The notes below the pieces were generated by a model that was not told the origin of the DNA, searched no databases, and saw nothing but the letters and a program-made list of their open reading frames with translations. A stretch of DNA of 18,547 nucleotides. Origin: Candidatus Latescibacterota bacterium. GTDB taxonomy: Bacteria > Latescibacterota > UBA2968 > UBA8231. Within the stretch, counting starts at the first letter, position 1. Each line of letters opens with the position of its first letter. Location: NCBI GenBank assembly GCA_965205655.1, contig CBDBIJ010000024.1:1-18547 (forward strand), read 5' to 3'. A program made the translations under genes and the position numbers. Positions 1-10,614 of the stretch are shown piece after piece.

Positions 1-417
1 GCGGACACCAGCATGGCGCCTGCCTTTCACGATCTGGCGGAGCGTCTCACAAGGCGCGGGCTCGTCATCGTCATCTCCGATATGCTCGACGATGCGGAGG
101 ACGTGCTCAATGGCCTGCGTCACTTTCGCCACCGCGGTCACGAGGTCCTCACCTTCCACCTGCTCGACCCGCGCGAACGAGACCTGGACTTCAAGCGGAG
201 CGACACGCGTTTCGTCGACCTCGAGAGCCCGGGGCAGGTGCTCCACACCCAGCCGTGGCACATCCAGCGCGAGTACGGCCGCATGATGGACGACCTGTTG
301 CAGACCTATGCCCGAGGCTGCGCCGAAGCCGGCGTCGATTACGTGCTGTTAGATACCTCGACACCGTTCGATGTGGCGCTGTCGCGGTATCTCGTAAGGC
401 GGAAAAAGGTGGGATAG
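1..417 (+). CDS. DUF58 / vWA-like protein (MoxR-associated type), 3' part only; the gene begins upstream of the window
   Basis: The frame is open from base 1 (ADTSMAPAFHDLAERLTRRGLVIVISD...). The motifs 'RRGLVIVISD', 'LRHFRHRGHEV' and 'DPRE', and the ending 'GVDYVLLDTSTPFDVALSRYL', resemble DUF58 C-termini. Stop TAG at 415-417. Confidence 0.8.
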   Translation, partial: ADTSMAPAFHDLAERLTRRGLVIVISDMLDDAEDVLNGLRHFRHRGHEVLTFHLLDPRERDLDFKRSDTRFVDLESPGQVLHTQPWHIQREYGRMMDDLLQTYARGCAEAGVDYVLLDTSTPFDVALSRYLVRRKKVG

Positions 418-505
418 GAGCCCCTTGCTCTGGTGTTACTCACCGCACTCTCCGCCGACGGTGTAGAAGGCTCCATCGCGTGAGTCTTCGCCCTCGGGTG
501 CCCAC

Positions 506-537
506 AATCTTGACATTTTTGTCAAGATTCCTATGTT
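506..537 (+). promoter_or_regulatory. Sigma70-type suf promoter with a palindromic operator overlapping the -35 box
   Basis: TTGACA at 510-515, a 16-nt spacer and TATGTT at 532-537. The perfect inverted repeat AATCTTGACA-TTTT-TGTCAAGATT spans 506-529. This is an AT-rich patch in GC-rich DNA, and a GGAGA ribosome-binding site precedes the sufB ATG at 583. Confidence 0.8.
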
Positions 538-582
538 TGAACCGGAAGATACGCTAAGCGGCAGAAAATAAATGGAGATATC

Positions 583-2046
<1,464 letters not shown>

Positions 2047-2057
2047 TGGGAATGACG

Positions 2058-2822
2058 ATGCTGAAAATCGAAAATCTGCACGCCGCCGTAGAGGGCACCG
2101 AAATTCTCAAGGGGATCGACCTTGAGGTGGGTATCGGCGAGATCCACGCCATCATGGGACCGAACGGTTCCGGCAAGAGCACCCTTGCCCAGGTCCTCGC
2201 CGGCAGCGAAGCCTTTGACGTCACCGCGGGAACCGTCACCTACAAGGGCGAAGACCTCCTCGACATGGACCCGGAGGAACGCGCCCGCGAGGGCATCTTC
2301 ATGGCCTTTCAGTATCCTGTCGAGATCCCGGGCGTCAATACGGCTTACTTCCTGCGAGCGGGCCTCAACGAGATCCGCAAGCATCGAGGCGAAGCCGAGA
2401 TGGACGCCATGGACTTTCTCGGCCTCATCAAGGAGAAGCTCGCCCTCGTGGAAATGGACGAGAGTTTCCTGAAGCGCTCCGTCAACGAGGGCTTCTCGGG
2501 AGGTGAGAAGAAGCGTCACGAGATTCTACAGATGGCCGTGCTGGAGCCAAAGCTTGCGATCATGGACGAAACCGACTCCGGTCTGGACATCGACGCGCTG
2601 AAAATCGTCGCCGACGGAGTCAACAAGCTTCACAGCCCCGACAAGAGCGTCGTTGTCGTCACCCACTACCAGAGACTGCTCAACCACATCATTCCCGACC
2701 ACGTCCACGTTCTGCTCGATGGCCGCATCGTCAAGTCCGGCGGCAAAGAGCTCGCCCTTGAGCTGGAGGAAAAAGGCTACGACTGGATCAAGGCGGAGCA
2801 GGCCGAAGCGGTACAAGCCTAG
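2058..2822 (+). CDS. sufC: Fe-S cluster assembly ABC-type ATPase SufC
   Basis: Walker [10 protein letters not shown], '[10 protein letters not shown]', signature '[11 protein letters not shown]', Walker B '[10 protein letters not shown]' and 'THYQRLL'. Start placed at ATG 2058 (MLKIENL); ATG 2052 and GTG 2046 are in-frame alternatives. Confidence 0.97.
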   Translation: MLKIENLHAAVEGTEILKGIDLEVGIGEIHAIMGPNGSGKSTLAQVLAGSEAFDVTAGTVTYKGEDLLDMDPEERAREGIFMAFQYPVEIPGVNTAYFLRAGLNEIRKHRGEAEMDAMDFLGLIKEKLALVEMDESFLKRSVNEGFSGGEKKRHEILQMAVLEPKLAIMDETDSGLDIDALKIVADGVNKLHSPDKSVVVVTHYQRLLNHIIPDHVHVLLDGRIVKSGGKELALELEEKGYDWIKAEQAEAVQA

Positions 2823-2837
2823 GCAGGCAAGCCGATC

Positions 2838-4184
2838 ATGAGCAAATCGGAGATCGGGGACAAGAAAGAGTTCTACCTGGCAGCGTTCAGGGGATTCGAG
2901 GACAGCCTGAACGGCGAGACCAGCTCGGCGCTGCATCAGATCCGGCGGCGCGCCATCGACCGTTTCTCCGAAACCGGCTTTCCGACCGGTCGCGACGAAA
3001 GCTGGCGCCACACGAGTGTGTCGGCCGTGACTCGCAGCGAGTTCGTTCCGGCTCTGACACCCGGCCCCGATGTGACCATCGGCGACGTCGAGCCTTTTTG
3101 TTTTCCGGGGTTCGAAGGAGTCCAGCTCGTCTTCGTGAACGGCCATCTCTCGAGCTCGCTTTCGACGGTACCGACTCTACCAGCCGGTGTGCGCGTCACG
3201 GGCCTGGCAACGGCCTTCGCCGAAGAGCCCGAACTGACGGCGGAACATCTCGGCAAACACGCCGATTGCGACGATTCCGGCTTTGTCGCCCTCAACACCG
3301 CCTTCGTCACCGACGGCGCCTTCATCCACCTTCCGAGTGGCATCGCCCTGGATCGCCCCATCCACCTTCTGCACCTGTCGGCAGCCGGAAACCGGCCCTC
3401 GGTCAGCTTCCCGCGTACACTCATCGTCGTCGGGGACGGCGCCCGTGGATGTGTCGTGGAGACATTCGCCGGCCTTGGCGATTCCGCCTATCTGACCGAT
3501 GCCGTCACCGAAATCGTCTCGGGCGATAACTCCGTCCTCGACCACTGCAAGATCCAGCGCGAAAGTGACGCCGCCTTCCATGTGGGCGTGCTCCACGTCA
3601 CCGAAGGAGACGGTTGCAAATTTACCTCCCACAACGCCGTGTTGAGCGGACAGCTCGTGCGCAACGACACCACGACCCTGCTCGACGGGGAGGCTATTGA
3701 GTCGACCTTGAACGGCGTCTACCTGGGAGGCGGCGACAGCCACATCGACAATCACACCGCCATCGAGCACGCGAAGCCGAACTGCAGCTCTCACGAGCTC
3801 TACAAAGGCGTCCTCGGCGACCGCTCCAAGGGGGTGTTCCGCGGCAAGATCCACGTCCACCAGGTGGCGCAGAAAACGGACGCCTATCAATCGAGTCAGA
3901 ATCTGCTGCTCTCCGAAAACGCCGAGATCACCTCCAAGCCGCAGCTGGAGATCTACGCCGACGACGTGAAGTGCAGCCACGGCTCGACCACCGGGCAGCT
4001 GGACGCCGAGGCGGTCTTCTACCTGCGATCACGGGGCATCGGCGAGAAAGAGGCGATCGTCACGCTCACGCGCGCCTTCGCCGACGAAATCGTCGACCGA
4101 ATTCCCATCGAATCGGTACGCCAGCGAGTCGGGGAACTCGTGTCCTGCAAGCTGAGCTCACTTCTGGGGAAAGAGGAGCGATGA
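2838..4184 (+). CDS. sufD: Fe-S cluster assembly protein SufD
   Basis: 448 aa SufB paralogue with '[12 protein letters not shown]', 'AQKTDAYQ', '[18 protein letters not shown]' and 'FYLRSRGI'. Confidence 0.97.
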   Translation: MSKSEIGDKKEFYLAAFRGFEDSLNGETSSALHQIRRRAIDRFSETGFPTGRDESWRHTSVSAVTRSEFVPALTPGPDVTIGDVEPFCFPGFEGVQLVFVNGHLSSSLSTVPTLPAGVRVTGLATAFAEEPELTAEHLGKHADCDDSGFVALNTAFVTDGAFIHLPSGIALDRPIHLLHLSAAGNRPSVSFPRTLIVVGDGARGCVVETFAGLGDSAYLTDAVTEIVSGDNSVLDHCKIQRESDAAFHVGVLHVTEGDGCKFTSHNAVLSGQLVRNDTTTLLDGEAIESTLNGVYLGGGDSHIDNHTAIEHAKPNCSSHELYKGVLGDRSKGVFRGKIHVHQVAQKTDAYQSSQNLLLSENAEITSKPQLEIYADDVKCSHGSTTGQLDAEAVFYLRSRGIGEKEAIVTLTRAFADEIVDRIPIESVRQRVGELVSCKLSSLLGKEER

Positions 4185-5458
4185 CGGCGACGACCTCCCC
4201 CGATATCGCGGGCTCCCCTCCCGCCGTCAATGGGGGTACGCCGCCCGACATCGCAGCGCTGCGGCGGGACTTCCCCATACTTGGCCGCGCCGTGCGCGGC
4301 AAGCAGCTCGTCTACCTCGACAATGCCGCGACCACGCAGAAGCCCCGCTCCGTCATCGAAGCCGAGCGCCGCTACTACGAGGAAGAAAACGCGAACATCC
4401 ACCGTGGAGTCCATTTTCTCAGCCAGCAGGCCACCTTCGCCTACGAGCGCGCCCGCGGTCGCATCGGCACGTTCCTGAACGTCGCCGACCGCGCCGAGAT
4501 CATCTTCACGAGGGGTACTACAGAGGCGATCAACCTCGTGGCCCACGGCTACGGCCGCACTCACATTGGCGAGGGCGACGAGATCCTGCTCACGGAAATG
4601 GAGCATCATTCCAACATCGTTCCCTGGCAACTCCTGTGCGAAGAGCGCGGTGCCCGCATCCGCGTCGTGCCGGTCGACGACTGTGGCGAGCTTCGGATGG
4701 ATGAATATGAGAGTATGCTCGGCGAACGTACCAGAATCGTGGCGGTGACGCACGCCTCGAATGCGTTGGGCACGATCAACCCGATCCGAGCTGTCGTCGA
4801 GGCGGCCCATGCCCGTGGCGTCCCCGTTCTCGTCGATGGGGCCCAGGGAGCGCCCCACATGCCGGTGGACGTCCAGGACCTGGATTGCGACTTCTACGCC
4901 TTTTCCGGTCACAAGCTTTTCGGACCTACCGGCATCGGCGTTCTCTACGGCAAGCGTCACCATCTCGACGCCATGGCTCCGTACGAGGGCGGCGGTTCCA
5001 TGATCCAGTCCGTCAGCTTCGAAAAGACGACCTATGCCGAGGTGCCCCAGAAGTTCGAGGCCGGCACCCCGAACATCGCCGGCGCGGTGGGATTGGAAGC
5101 CGCCATAGATTACGTCAACGCCGTTGGCGGCGAGCGCATCGCCGCCTGGGAGACGGAGTTGCTCGCCTACGCCACGGAGCGACTCCACGAAATCGAGGGT
5201 CTGCGGCTCATCGGCACCGCCCGGGAGAAAGTCGGCGTCCTTTCCTTCGTCATGGACAGCGCCCATCCCCACGACATCGGCACTGTGCTCGACGCCGAGG
5301 GTGTCGCTATACGAACTGGCCACCACTGTGCCCAGCCGTTGATGCAGCGCTTCGGCGTGCCCGCGACGGCTCGCGCCTCCATCGCGTTCTACAATACCAG
5401 CGAAGAGGTCGACGACCTCGTCAACGGCCTCCACAAAGTGAACGAGGTTTTCAGCTGA
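4181..5458 (+). CDS. sufS: Group II cysteine desulfurase SufS
   Basis: '[11 protein letters not shown]', 'EHHSNIVPW', PLP lysine in '[13 protein letters not shown]' and catalytic Cys in 'RTGHHCAQP'. The likely start is ATG 4181, which overlaps the sufD stop (ATGA) and follows GAGGAG. The track's start at 3971 is over-extended. Confidence 0.97.
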   Translation: MTATTSPDIAGSPPAVNGGTPPDIAALRRDFPILGRAVRGKQLVYLDNAATTQKPRSVIEAERRYYEEENANIHRGVHFLSQQATFAYERARGRIGTFLNVADRAEIIFTRGTTEAINLVAHGYGRTHIGEGDEILLTEMEHHSNIVPWQLLCEERGARIRVVPVDDCGELRMDEYESMLGERTRIVAVTHASNALGTINPIRAVVEAAHARGVPVLVDGAQGAPHMPVDVQDLDCDFYAFSGHKLFGPTGIGVLYGKRHHLDAMAPYEGGGSMIQSVSFEKTTYAEVPQKFEAGTPNIAGAVGLEAAIDYVNAVGGERIAAWETELLAYATERLHEIEGLRLIGTAREKVGVLSFVMDSAHPHDIGTVLDAEGVAIRTGHHCAQPLMQRFGVPATARASIAFYNTSEEVDDLVNGLHKVNEVFS

Positions 5459-5925
5459 TGTCGGAGCTGCGAGAGCTGTATCAGCAGGTGATCCTCGATC
5501 ACAATAAGTATCCGCGAAACTTCGGTGTCCTCGAGGGGGCCAACCGCGAGCAGGAGGGCTACAATCCCCTGTGCGGAGACCAACTCCGCGTCTACCTCCT
5601 CGTCGGTGACGATGACGAAGGCGCCGCCGTCATCGAGAACATCCATTTCGATGGATCAGGCTGCGCCATCTCGAAAGCCTCCGCGTCGATCATGACCGAA
5701 ACGCTGAAAGGCAAGTCGGCCGTGGAAGCGACCCGGATTTTCCAACACTTTCACAAACTGGTCACCGCTGACGTCGACTCTCCCGTCGATGCAGATGGCG
5801 CCGGCAAAATGGTCGTATTCGCCGGCGTTCGTGAGTTCCCCATGCGCGTCAAATGCGCCACCCTGGCCTGGCACACGATGAACTCGGCTCTCAAGGGGGA
5901 TGAAAAACCGGTCTCAACTGAGTAG
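5458..5925 (+). CDS. sufU: SUF system sulfur-transfer protein SufU (NifU-like)
   Basis: 155 aa from the TGATG overlap with sufS. It has 'LYQQVILDH', 'NPLCGD', 'GCAISKASAS' and 'RVKCATLAW', and lacks the LPPVK motif of IscU. Confidence 0.93.
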   Translation: MSELRELYQQVILDHNKYPRNFGVLEGANREQEGYNPLCGDQLRVYLLVGDDDEGAAVIENIHFDGSGCAISKASASIMTETLKGKSAVEATRIFQHFHKLVTADVDSPVDADGAGKMVVFAGVREFPMRVKCATLAWHTMNSALKGDEKPVSTE

Positions 5926-5934
5926 GGGAAAAAG

Positions 5935-6264
5935 ATGGAATTGAAAGAATACCCGCCCGACAGCATCGAATCGAAAGTCGTCGACGTGCTCAAGACCTGC
6001 TACGACCCCGAAATACCTGTGAATATCTATGAGCTGGGCTTGATCTATGACATCGCCGTTGGCGAACAGCAGACCGTGCATCTGACCATGACGCTCACCT
6101 CGCCAGCATGCCCGGTGGCCGAATCCCTGCCGCCGGAAATCCAGCAGAAGGTGAGGGACGGCGTCGAGGATATTTCCGACGCCACGGTGGAAGTCGTGTG
6201 GGACCCGCCATGGAGTGTCGACATGATGACGGATGCGGCAAAGCTCGAGCTTGGAATGATGTAG
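5935..6264 (+). CDS. sufT: SufT / DUF59 (MIP18-family) Fe-S maturation protein
   Basis: 109 aa with 'YDPEIPVNIYELGLIY', 'TLTSPACP' and 'VWDPPW', located inside the suf operon. Confidence 0.92.
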   Translation: MELKEYPPDSIESKVVDVLKTCYDPEIPVNIYELGLIYDIAVGEQQTVHLTMTLTSPACPVAESLPPEIQQKVRDGVEDISDATVEVVWDPPWSVDMMTDAAKLELGMM

Positions 6265-6286
6265 TGCGAGAGACGAAGGAGACAGT

Positions 6287-6772
6287 ATGAAACTGAGCGC
6301 TCAGGAGGAATACGGACTGCGCTGCCTGCTGCGGGTCGCCCGGCAGGAGCCGGGAACGAGTCTCACGATTCCCGAGATCGCCGCTGCCGAGGGGATCGCC
6401 ACCCACAATGTGGCGAAATACCTGCGCATCCTGAGACAGGGCGGCTACGTGGACAGCGAACGAGGCCAGCACGGGGGTTACTCCCTGGCTGGCAGCGCCG
6501 GGACGATCGCCGTCGGGGAGGTGCTGGCCACCCTCGGTGGTCGGCTCTACGATACGGAGTTCTGTGACCACTATACCGGTGCTGAAGCGGAGTGCCAGCA
6601 CTCGACCACTGATTGCTCACTGAGAGCTTTGTGGGCCCGCGTTCAGTTCGCCGTCGACCAGGTCCTCGGCCAGACGACGCTGCGCGACCTTCTGAATTCC
6701 ACCCACACTAACTCGGGCAGCACCCGCTACGGCGAAGACGAGCTGCTACAGGTCAGCGGCTCGCGCAACTGA
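6287..6772 (+). CDS. Rrf2-family transcriptional regulator, probably Fe-S binding
   Basis: 'MKLSAQEEYGLRCL', a winged HTH with 'VDSERGQHGGYSLA', C-terminal C-X9-C-X6-C and 'LGQTTLRDL'. AAGGAG ribosome-binding site upstream. Confidence 0.92.
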   Translation: MKLSAQEEYGLRCLLRVARQEPGTSLTIPEIAAAEGIATHNVAKYLRILRQGGYVDSERGQHGGYSLAGSAGTIAVGEVLATLGGRLYDTEFCDHYTGAEAECQHSTTDCSLRALWARVQFAVDQVLGQTTLRDLLNSTHTNSGSTRYGEDELLQVSGSRN

Positions 6773-6801
6773 ATAGAAACCGGAGCGATGGTGCGACGGA
6801 A

Positions 6802-8727
6802 TCAGCTGCCGTCTCGCCGGAGAACCCTCGCTTTCAGCTCCGCGTAGACGCGGGGCCAATACTCCGGCCGCTGTGTCTCTCTCAAATCGAACCCGAAGGC
6901 CCGCTTGCTCAAAACGATGAGGGGCGGGGACTGAATGCGCTTGAAAAAGCTGATACGCAACTGACGCTCAACCCACTCCAGATCCTCGATCCAGCTCGCC
7001 CCGTCCGGGAAGTAGCCGTCAAACGTATCGCGCTCCCTCCACTCCAGCCGCTCCAACAGTTCCCCTTCGAGGTACCAGTGCACGACATCGGCGACGTGAT
7101 GGCGGTATTCTATGAGCTGGCGTAGCAGCGCATCGTGGTAGCCGTATTTGATCGGATCGCCCAGACCCTGCGTCACGTCCTGTTCCGCTGACAGCTCCGC
7201 GCTTGGCACCGTCTCCCTGGATAGCAGGTTGGCGGGAATCACTTCCTCGCCAAATACATGATCGTTAAGGTATGCTGCTAGCTCGTATACCTGCACCTTA
7301 TAGAGGTCGGCTATCGGCGCGATCGCGCCGCTCACATCGCCGTAGAGCGTACAATAGCCGAGAGCGAGCTCGGTCTTGTTGCCGTTGTTCGTGAACATGA
7401 GGTCGTGCTTGGCTGCAGCGCCGGCAAGAATGTCGGAGAACCGTATGCGCGCCTGAATGTTCTCGTCCACGAGGCGATCGTAGGTGCCGGCGGACCGCGG
7501 AAATTCCAGCGCCTGAATGCGGGCCGAGACCTGCTCGTACAACTCCTCGATCGGGCAACTCAGGTAATCCGACCCAAGCCGCTCGCACAGCACGCGCGCG
7601 TTGTTCTGCGTGACGGCGGAATTGAATCGCGTCGGCATGTTGACGGCGAAGACTCGCTCCGGCCCGAATGCACGACTGAGCAGACACGCCACCACACTGG
7701 AATCGATCCCGCCGCTGACGCCGACGAGAAAGTGGTTGTCGCCGTCGCTGATGTGGTCCATGTGCCGCAGCCCCGATAGCACGGCGTTGTAGACCGCGTC
7801 AATCTCTTCATGAATGGCACCGGGCGGCTCTTTCGAGGATGTCAAAAGCATCCCCTCCGACCATTGCGGGGCGCGCAACGCTATCTTTCCGTGAGGTGAG
7901 TACGCCGTGGAGTCGCCGTCGAAGACGATGATGTTCTTGCCGTTGTTCTGAGCGCCCACTTGATTTACGTAAAGGAAGGGCAGCGGCGAGCGCCTCAAGA
8001 TCTCCCGCACGACGCGGTGGCGCTTGTCGTTCTTCTGCCACGTCCACGGCGAGGCGGACAGATTGAAAACGACCTGGGCCCCGCGGTCGTGGTATTCGTT
8101 CAGCGTGTCCAGTATCTCGCCATCGTAGCTGTAGTCGGCGCACCACATGTCCTCGCACAGCTGCACTCCAAAACGAAAGGCGCGCGCGCCCATCCCCTTT
8201 CCCGCCTCCAGCTCGATCTCGTACGGTACGCACCAGTCGCGAAGCTCGCTCCCGGTTGTCTGCGCCAATTTTCGCAGGGAGTAGAAATGCCGGTCGTCGT
8301 CGAAGAAGCGATAGTTCGGGTGGAGCGTCTTCGGCTGTATTCCGTAGGGCAGCCGGGCCGGTAGCCCCGCGCGCCTCACGTATTCGCCGTCGGAGCAGAC
8401 GAATACGGCGTTATACTTTCGCGGCCTCCCATCCTCGCCGATCTGCGATTCGTCGACCGCCACGTTGCCGAACACGACCGTGACGCCGGCACTCGCGGCG
8501 CGGACATCCTCGCTGTAGGAGGCGAAATCCCTCACCAGGGTGTCCACTTCCCACAGATCGCCGATTATGTAGCCTGTCAGGCACAGTTCGGAGAATACGA
8601 CGAGGTCTGCCCCTTCCCGGCGCGCCGAGGCGATGAATCTCTTCACCGTCTCCACATTCAGGTCGGGACGGCCTGCTCTCACCTCCATCTGCGCGAGGGC
8701 GATATTGGGCAGACTGCTATCGGTCAT
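6802..8727 (-). CDS. nadE: Glutamine-dependent NAD+ synthetase (nitrilase-like glutaminase domain plus synthetase domain)
   Basis: 641 aa. The glutaminase triad appears as E in 'FSELCLTGY', K in 'PKTLHPNYRFFDDDRHF' and C in 'LCEDMW'. The synthetase domain has 'GVSGGIDS', 'ENIQARIR', 'NKTELALGYCTLYGD', 'PSAEL' and 'FKRIQSPP'. Confidence 0.96.
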   Translation of the reverse strand: MTDSSLPNIALAQMEVRAGRPDLNVETVKRFIASARREGADLVVFSELCLTGYIIGDLWEVDTLVRDFASYSEDVRAASAGVTVVFGNVAVDESQIGEDGRPRKYNAVFVCSDGEYVRRAGLPARLPYGIQPKTLHPNYRFFDDDRHFYSLRKLAQTTGSELRDWCVPYEIELEAGKGMGARAFRFGVQLCEDMWCADYSYDGEILDTLNEYHDRGAQVVFNLSASPWTWQKNDKRHRVVREILRRSPLPFLYVNQVGAQNNGKNIIVFDGDSTAYSPHGKIALRAPQWSEGMLLTSSKEPPGAIHEEIDAVYNAVLSGLRHMDHISDGDNHFLVGVSGGIDSSVVACLLSRAFGPERVFAVNMPTRFNSAVTQNNARVLCERLGSDYLSCPIEELYEQVSARIQALEFPRSAGTYDRLVDENIQARIRFSDILAGAAAKHDLMFTNNGNKTELALGYCTLYGDVSGAIAPIADLYKVQVYELAAYLNDHVFGEEVIPANLLSRETVPSAELSAEQDVTQGLGDPIKYGYHDALLRQLIEYRHHVADVVHWYLEGELLERLEWRERDTFDGYFPDGASWIEDLEWVERQLRISFFKRIQSPPLIVLSKRAFGFDLRETQRPEYWPRVYAELKARVLRRDGS

Positions 8728-8751
8728 GATGGGGTACGGCGGGTATGCCTG

Positions 8752-9378
8752 TCAGGTCGAGTCCGGCGTCGACTCGAGTCCCAGGGTCCTGAGCAGGTTC
8801 CTGATCCGCAGGGCTGTGTCGTGGATGGCGTGCAGCTCCTCGGCGACGGCGGCGTTCTTCCCATTCAGACGCAACAGTTCCTCCGTGTGCTTTTGGAGAT
8901 CGCCGGCGTACTGTCCGATCTGAACGGTAACGAGCTTGGCCACGTCGTTGAGCAGCTCTTCCTCTTCCGAGGCGCCGGCCAGCAGGCGCACCCGCTGCCG
9001 CTCGATGGCGAACCGAATGCTGCGAACGATGGCCGGGCCATTCATTCTCGTTTTCAGAAAATAGTCTTGCGCCCCCGAGCGCAGCGCCTCCGTTGCGAGC
9101 TCCTCATCCTCGTGGCCGGTGAGCATGATGACAGCGGGATAGGGCGAAACAGCCTCCAGCCGCTGCAACAGATTCAGGCCGCTGCCATCAGGTAGAGACG
9201 CGTCGACGAGGAGAATGTGAAACGTCTCCTTCGTCTTCACGCACTCCTCCGCGGCCGCCAGCGTAGACACGTCGGTAATATCGAACTGGGCCGGAGCGGC
9301 TTCGTAGATGAGCTCTCTGACGATGGCCACTTCATCCGGGTCGCCATCCACGAGCAGAAGACGGACCGACTCGTTCAT
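8752..9378 (-). CDS. Response regulator: receiver domain plus a helical C-terminal tail resembling a degenerate HisKA/DHp
   Basis: Receiver motifs are 'LLLVDGD', phospho-acceptor D59 in 'ILLVDASLPDGSG', T87 in 'IMLTG' and K109 in 'GAQDYFLK'. The tail of about 70 aa has no recognisable HTH, GGDEF or HATPase motifs. Confidence 0.88.
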   Translation of the reverse strand: MNESVRLLLVDGDPDEVAIVRELIYEAAPAQFDITDVSTLAAAEECVKTKETFHILLVDASLPDGSGLNLLQRLEAVSPYPAVIMLTGHEDEELATEALRSGAQDYFLKTRMNGPAIVRSIRFAIERQRVRLLAGASEEEELLNDVAKLVTVQIGQYAGDLQKHTEELLRLNGKNAAVAEELHAIHDTALRIRNLLRTLGLESTPDST

Positions 9379-9410
9379 GCTGTCAACAAACTCCAGTCAG
9401 CGCGGCGTGG

Positions 9411-10586
9411 TCAACTCGAAGCAGTCGCCGGCGCTTCGACCGCCAGCGACCCTCGCACCGGTGCGTTCACCTGTTTGCGCGCCTCGCGTACGCACTTGGC
9501 GAGAAGAGGCACACCCTCCCGGATGTCCTCGATGGGGGGGAGACCAAAGGCGAGTCGCAGGTACGGAATGTGTTCGCCATGCACATGAAATTCGGAGCCG
9601 GGAACGTAGCGCACCCCCTCAGCGTCGGCCAGCTCCGCCAGCTTCTCGAGGTCGACGTCATCGGGCAAGCGCAACCACAGAAACAGCCCCCCGACAGGAT
9701 GAGACCAGCTGCAGATATCGCCGAGATGTGCCTCGAGCGCGGCGAACAGGGCGTCTCTCTTTTCTCGCAAGGCGACGTTTGCCCGCTCGATATGCGCCCA
9801 CATCTGTTCCTTGAAGTACTCGGCGATGACGGAGGCGGCGAGCAGGCTATTGCCGCCGTCACCGCGCCGGTTTAGAATACGCGCCAGCATCGGCGGACGG
9901 GCGTAGAAGTAGCCCAACCGCACGCCTGGACCCAGGATCTTCGAGATCGAGCAGATGTAGACCTGCTCGGGGCTGTCGTCGAGGGCGTAGAGTGCCGGTG
10001 CCTTCTCTCCTTCGAAGTGGACGTCGCCGTAGCAGTTGTCCTCCACGACGATACATTCGAAGCGCCTCGCCACCTCGATGAGCTCGAGCCGCCGGGACCG
10101 GGGCATTACCGCTCCGGTGGGGTTCTGATACGTCGCAGTCGTGTAGATGAAACTCGGCGGTGTCCCCTGGCGGTGCAGCTCATCCAGTTTCCTCTCAAGC
10201 AGATCTACTCGCATCCCTGCTTCGTCCACCGGAATTCCTACCAGCGTCGCACCCACCTCTTTATAGATGTAGATGGTGCCCATGTAGCAGAGCTCGTCCA
10301 GCAGGATGATGTCACCGGGCTTTTCCATGAGCGCTTCGGCCATCAGAGTGACAGCTTGCATCGAACCGTTTGTCAGTACGATATGCTCATGAGACACTTC
10401 CACCCCCTCGCGTGCCGACTCGCGCTCCGCCATCAGCCGCCTCAGCCCCTCGTGCCCCATCTCCCCGGGGTAGCGCGCAAAGTCTCCACCCACGTCCCGA
10501 ATAGCGGCGGCAGCCACCTTCGCGATCTCCTCATAGGGAAACGTCTCGGGGTTCGTATTCCCGCCAGCCAGCTGATATTCTCTCAT
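9411..10586 (-). CDS. PLP-dependent class I/II aminotransferase (2-aminoadipate transaminase / MocR-domain-like)
   Basis: 'LAGGN', 'LTNGSMQA', 'YQNPTG', 'EDNCYGD', PLP lysine in 'SISKILGPGVRLG', 'GGLFLW' and 'LRLAF'. Start reassigned to ATG 10586 (MREYQL, 391 aa) behind AAGAAGGGGAG. There is no N-terminal HTH, so it is not a MocR regulator. Confidence 0.9.
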   Translation of the reverse strand: MREYQLAGGNTNPETFPYEEIAKVAAAAIRDVGGDFARYPGEMGHEGLRRLMAERESAREGVEVSHEHIVLTNGSMQAVTLMAEALMEKPGDIILLDELCYMGTIYIYKEVGATLVGIPVDEAGMRVDLLERKLDELHRQGTPPSFIYTTATYQNPTGAVMPRSRRLELIEVARRFECIVVEDNCYGDVHFEGEKAPALYALDDSPEQVYICSISKILGPGVRLGYFYARPPMLARILNRRGDGGNSLLAASVIAEYFKEQMWAHIERANVALREKRDALFAALEAHLGDICSWSHPVGGLFLWLRLPDDVDLEKLAELADAEGVRYVPGSEFHVHGEHIPYLRLAFGLPPIEDIREGVPLLAKCVREARKQVNAPVRGSLAVEAPATASS

Positions 10587-10614
10587 GCTCCCCTTCTTGT
10601 TTTTCACCGGGTTG

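Noticed and set aside
417..486. Possible structured RNA or riboswitch upstream of sufB (GGAGCC...GGCTCC and GGTG...CACC pairings)
   Set aside because: The stems are short enough to be expected by chance at this GC content, lie upstream of the predicted promoter, and match no RNA family I recognise.
497..525. Antisense promoter from the TTGACA on the - strand of the palindrome
   Set aside because: There is no -10-like hexamer at a 16-18 nt spacing; the sequence there reads GGCACC.
4019..5434. 471-aa ORF antisense to sufS
   Set aside because: It is a shadow frame of sufS with no family motifs.
4885..5457. Apparent long N-terminal extension of SufU in the 346-aa ORF
   Set aside because: It is an Arg-rich off-frame read of sufS. 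The TGATG overlap at 5456-5460 gives a normal-length SufU.
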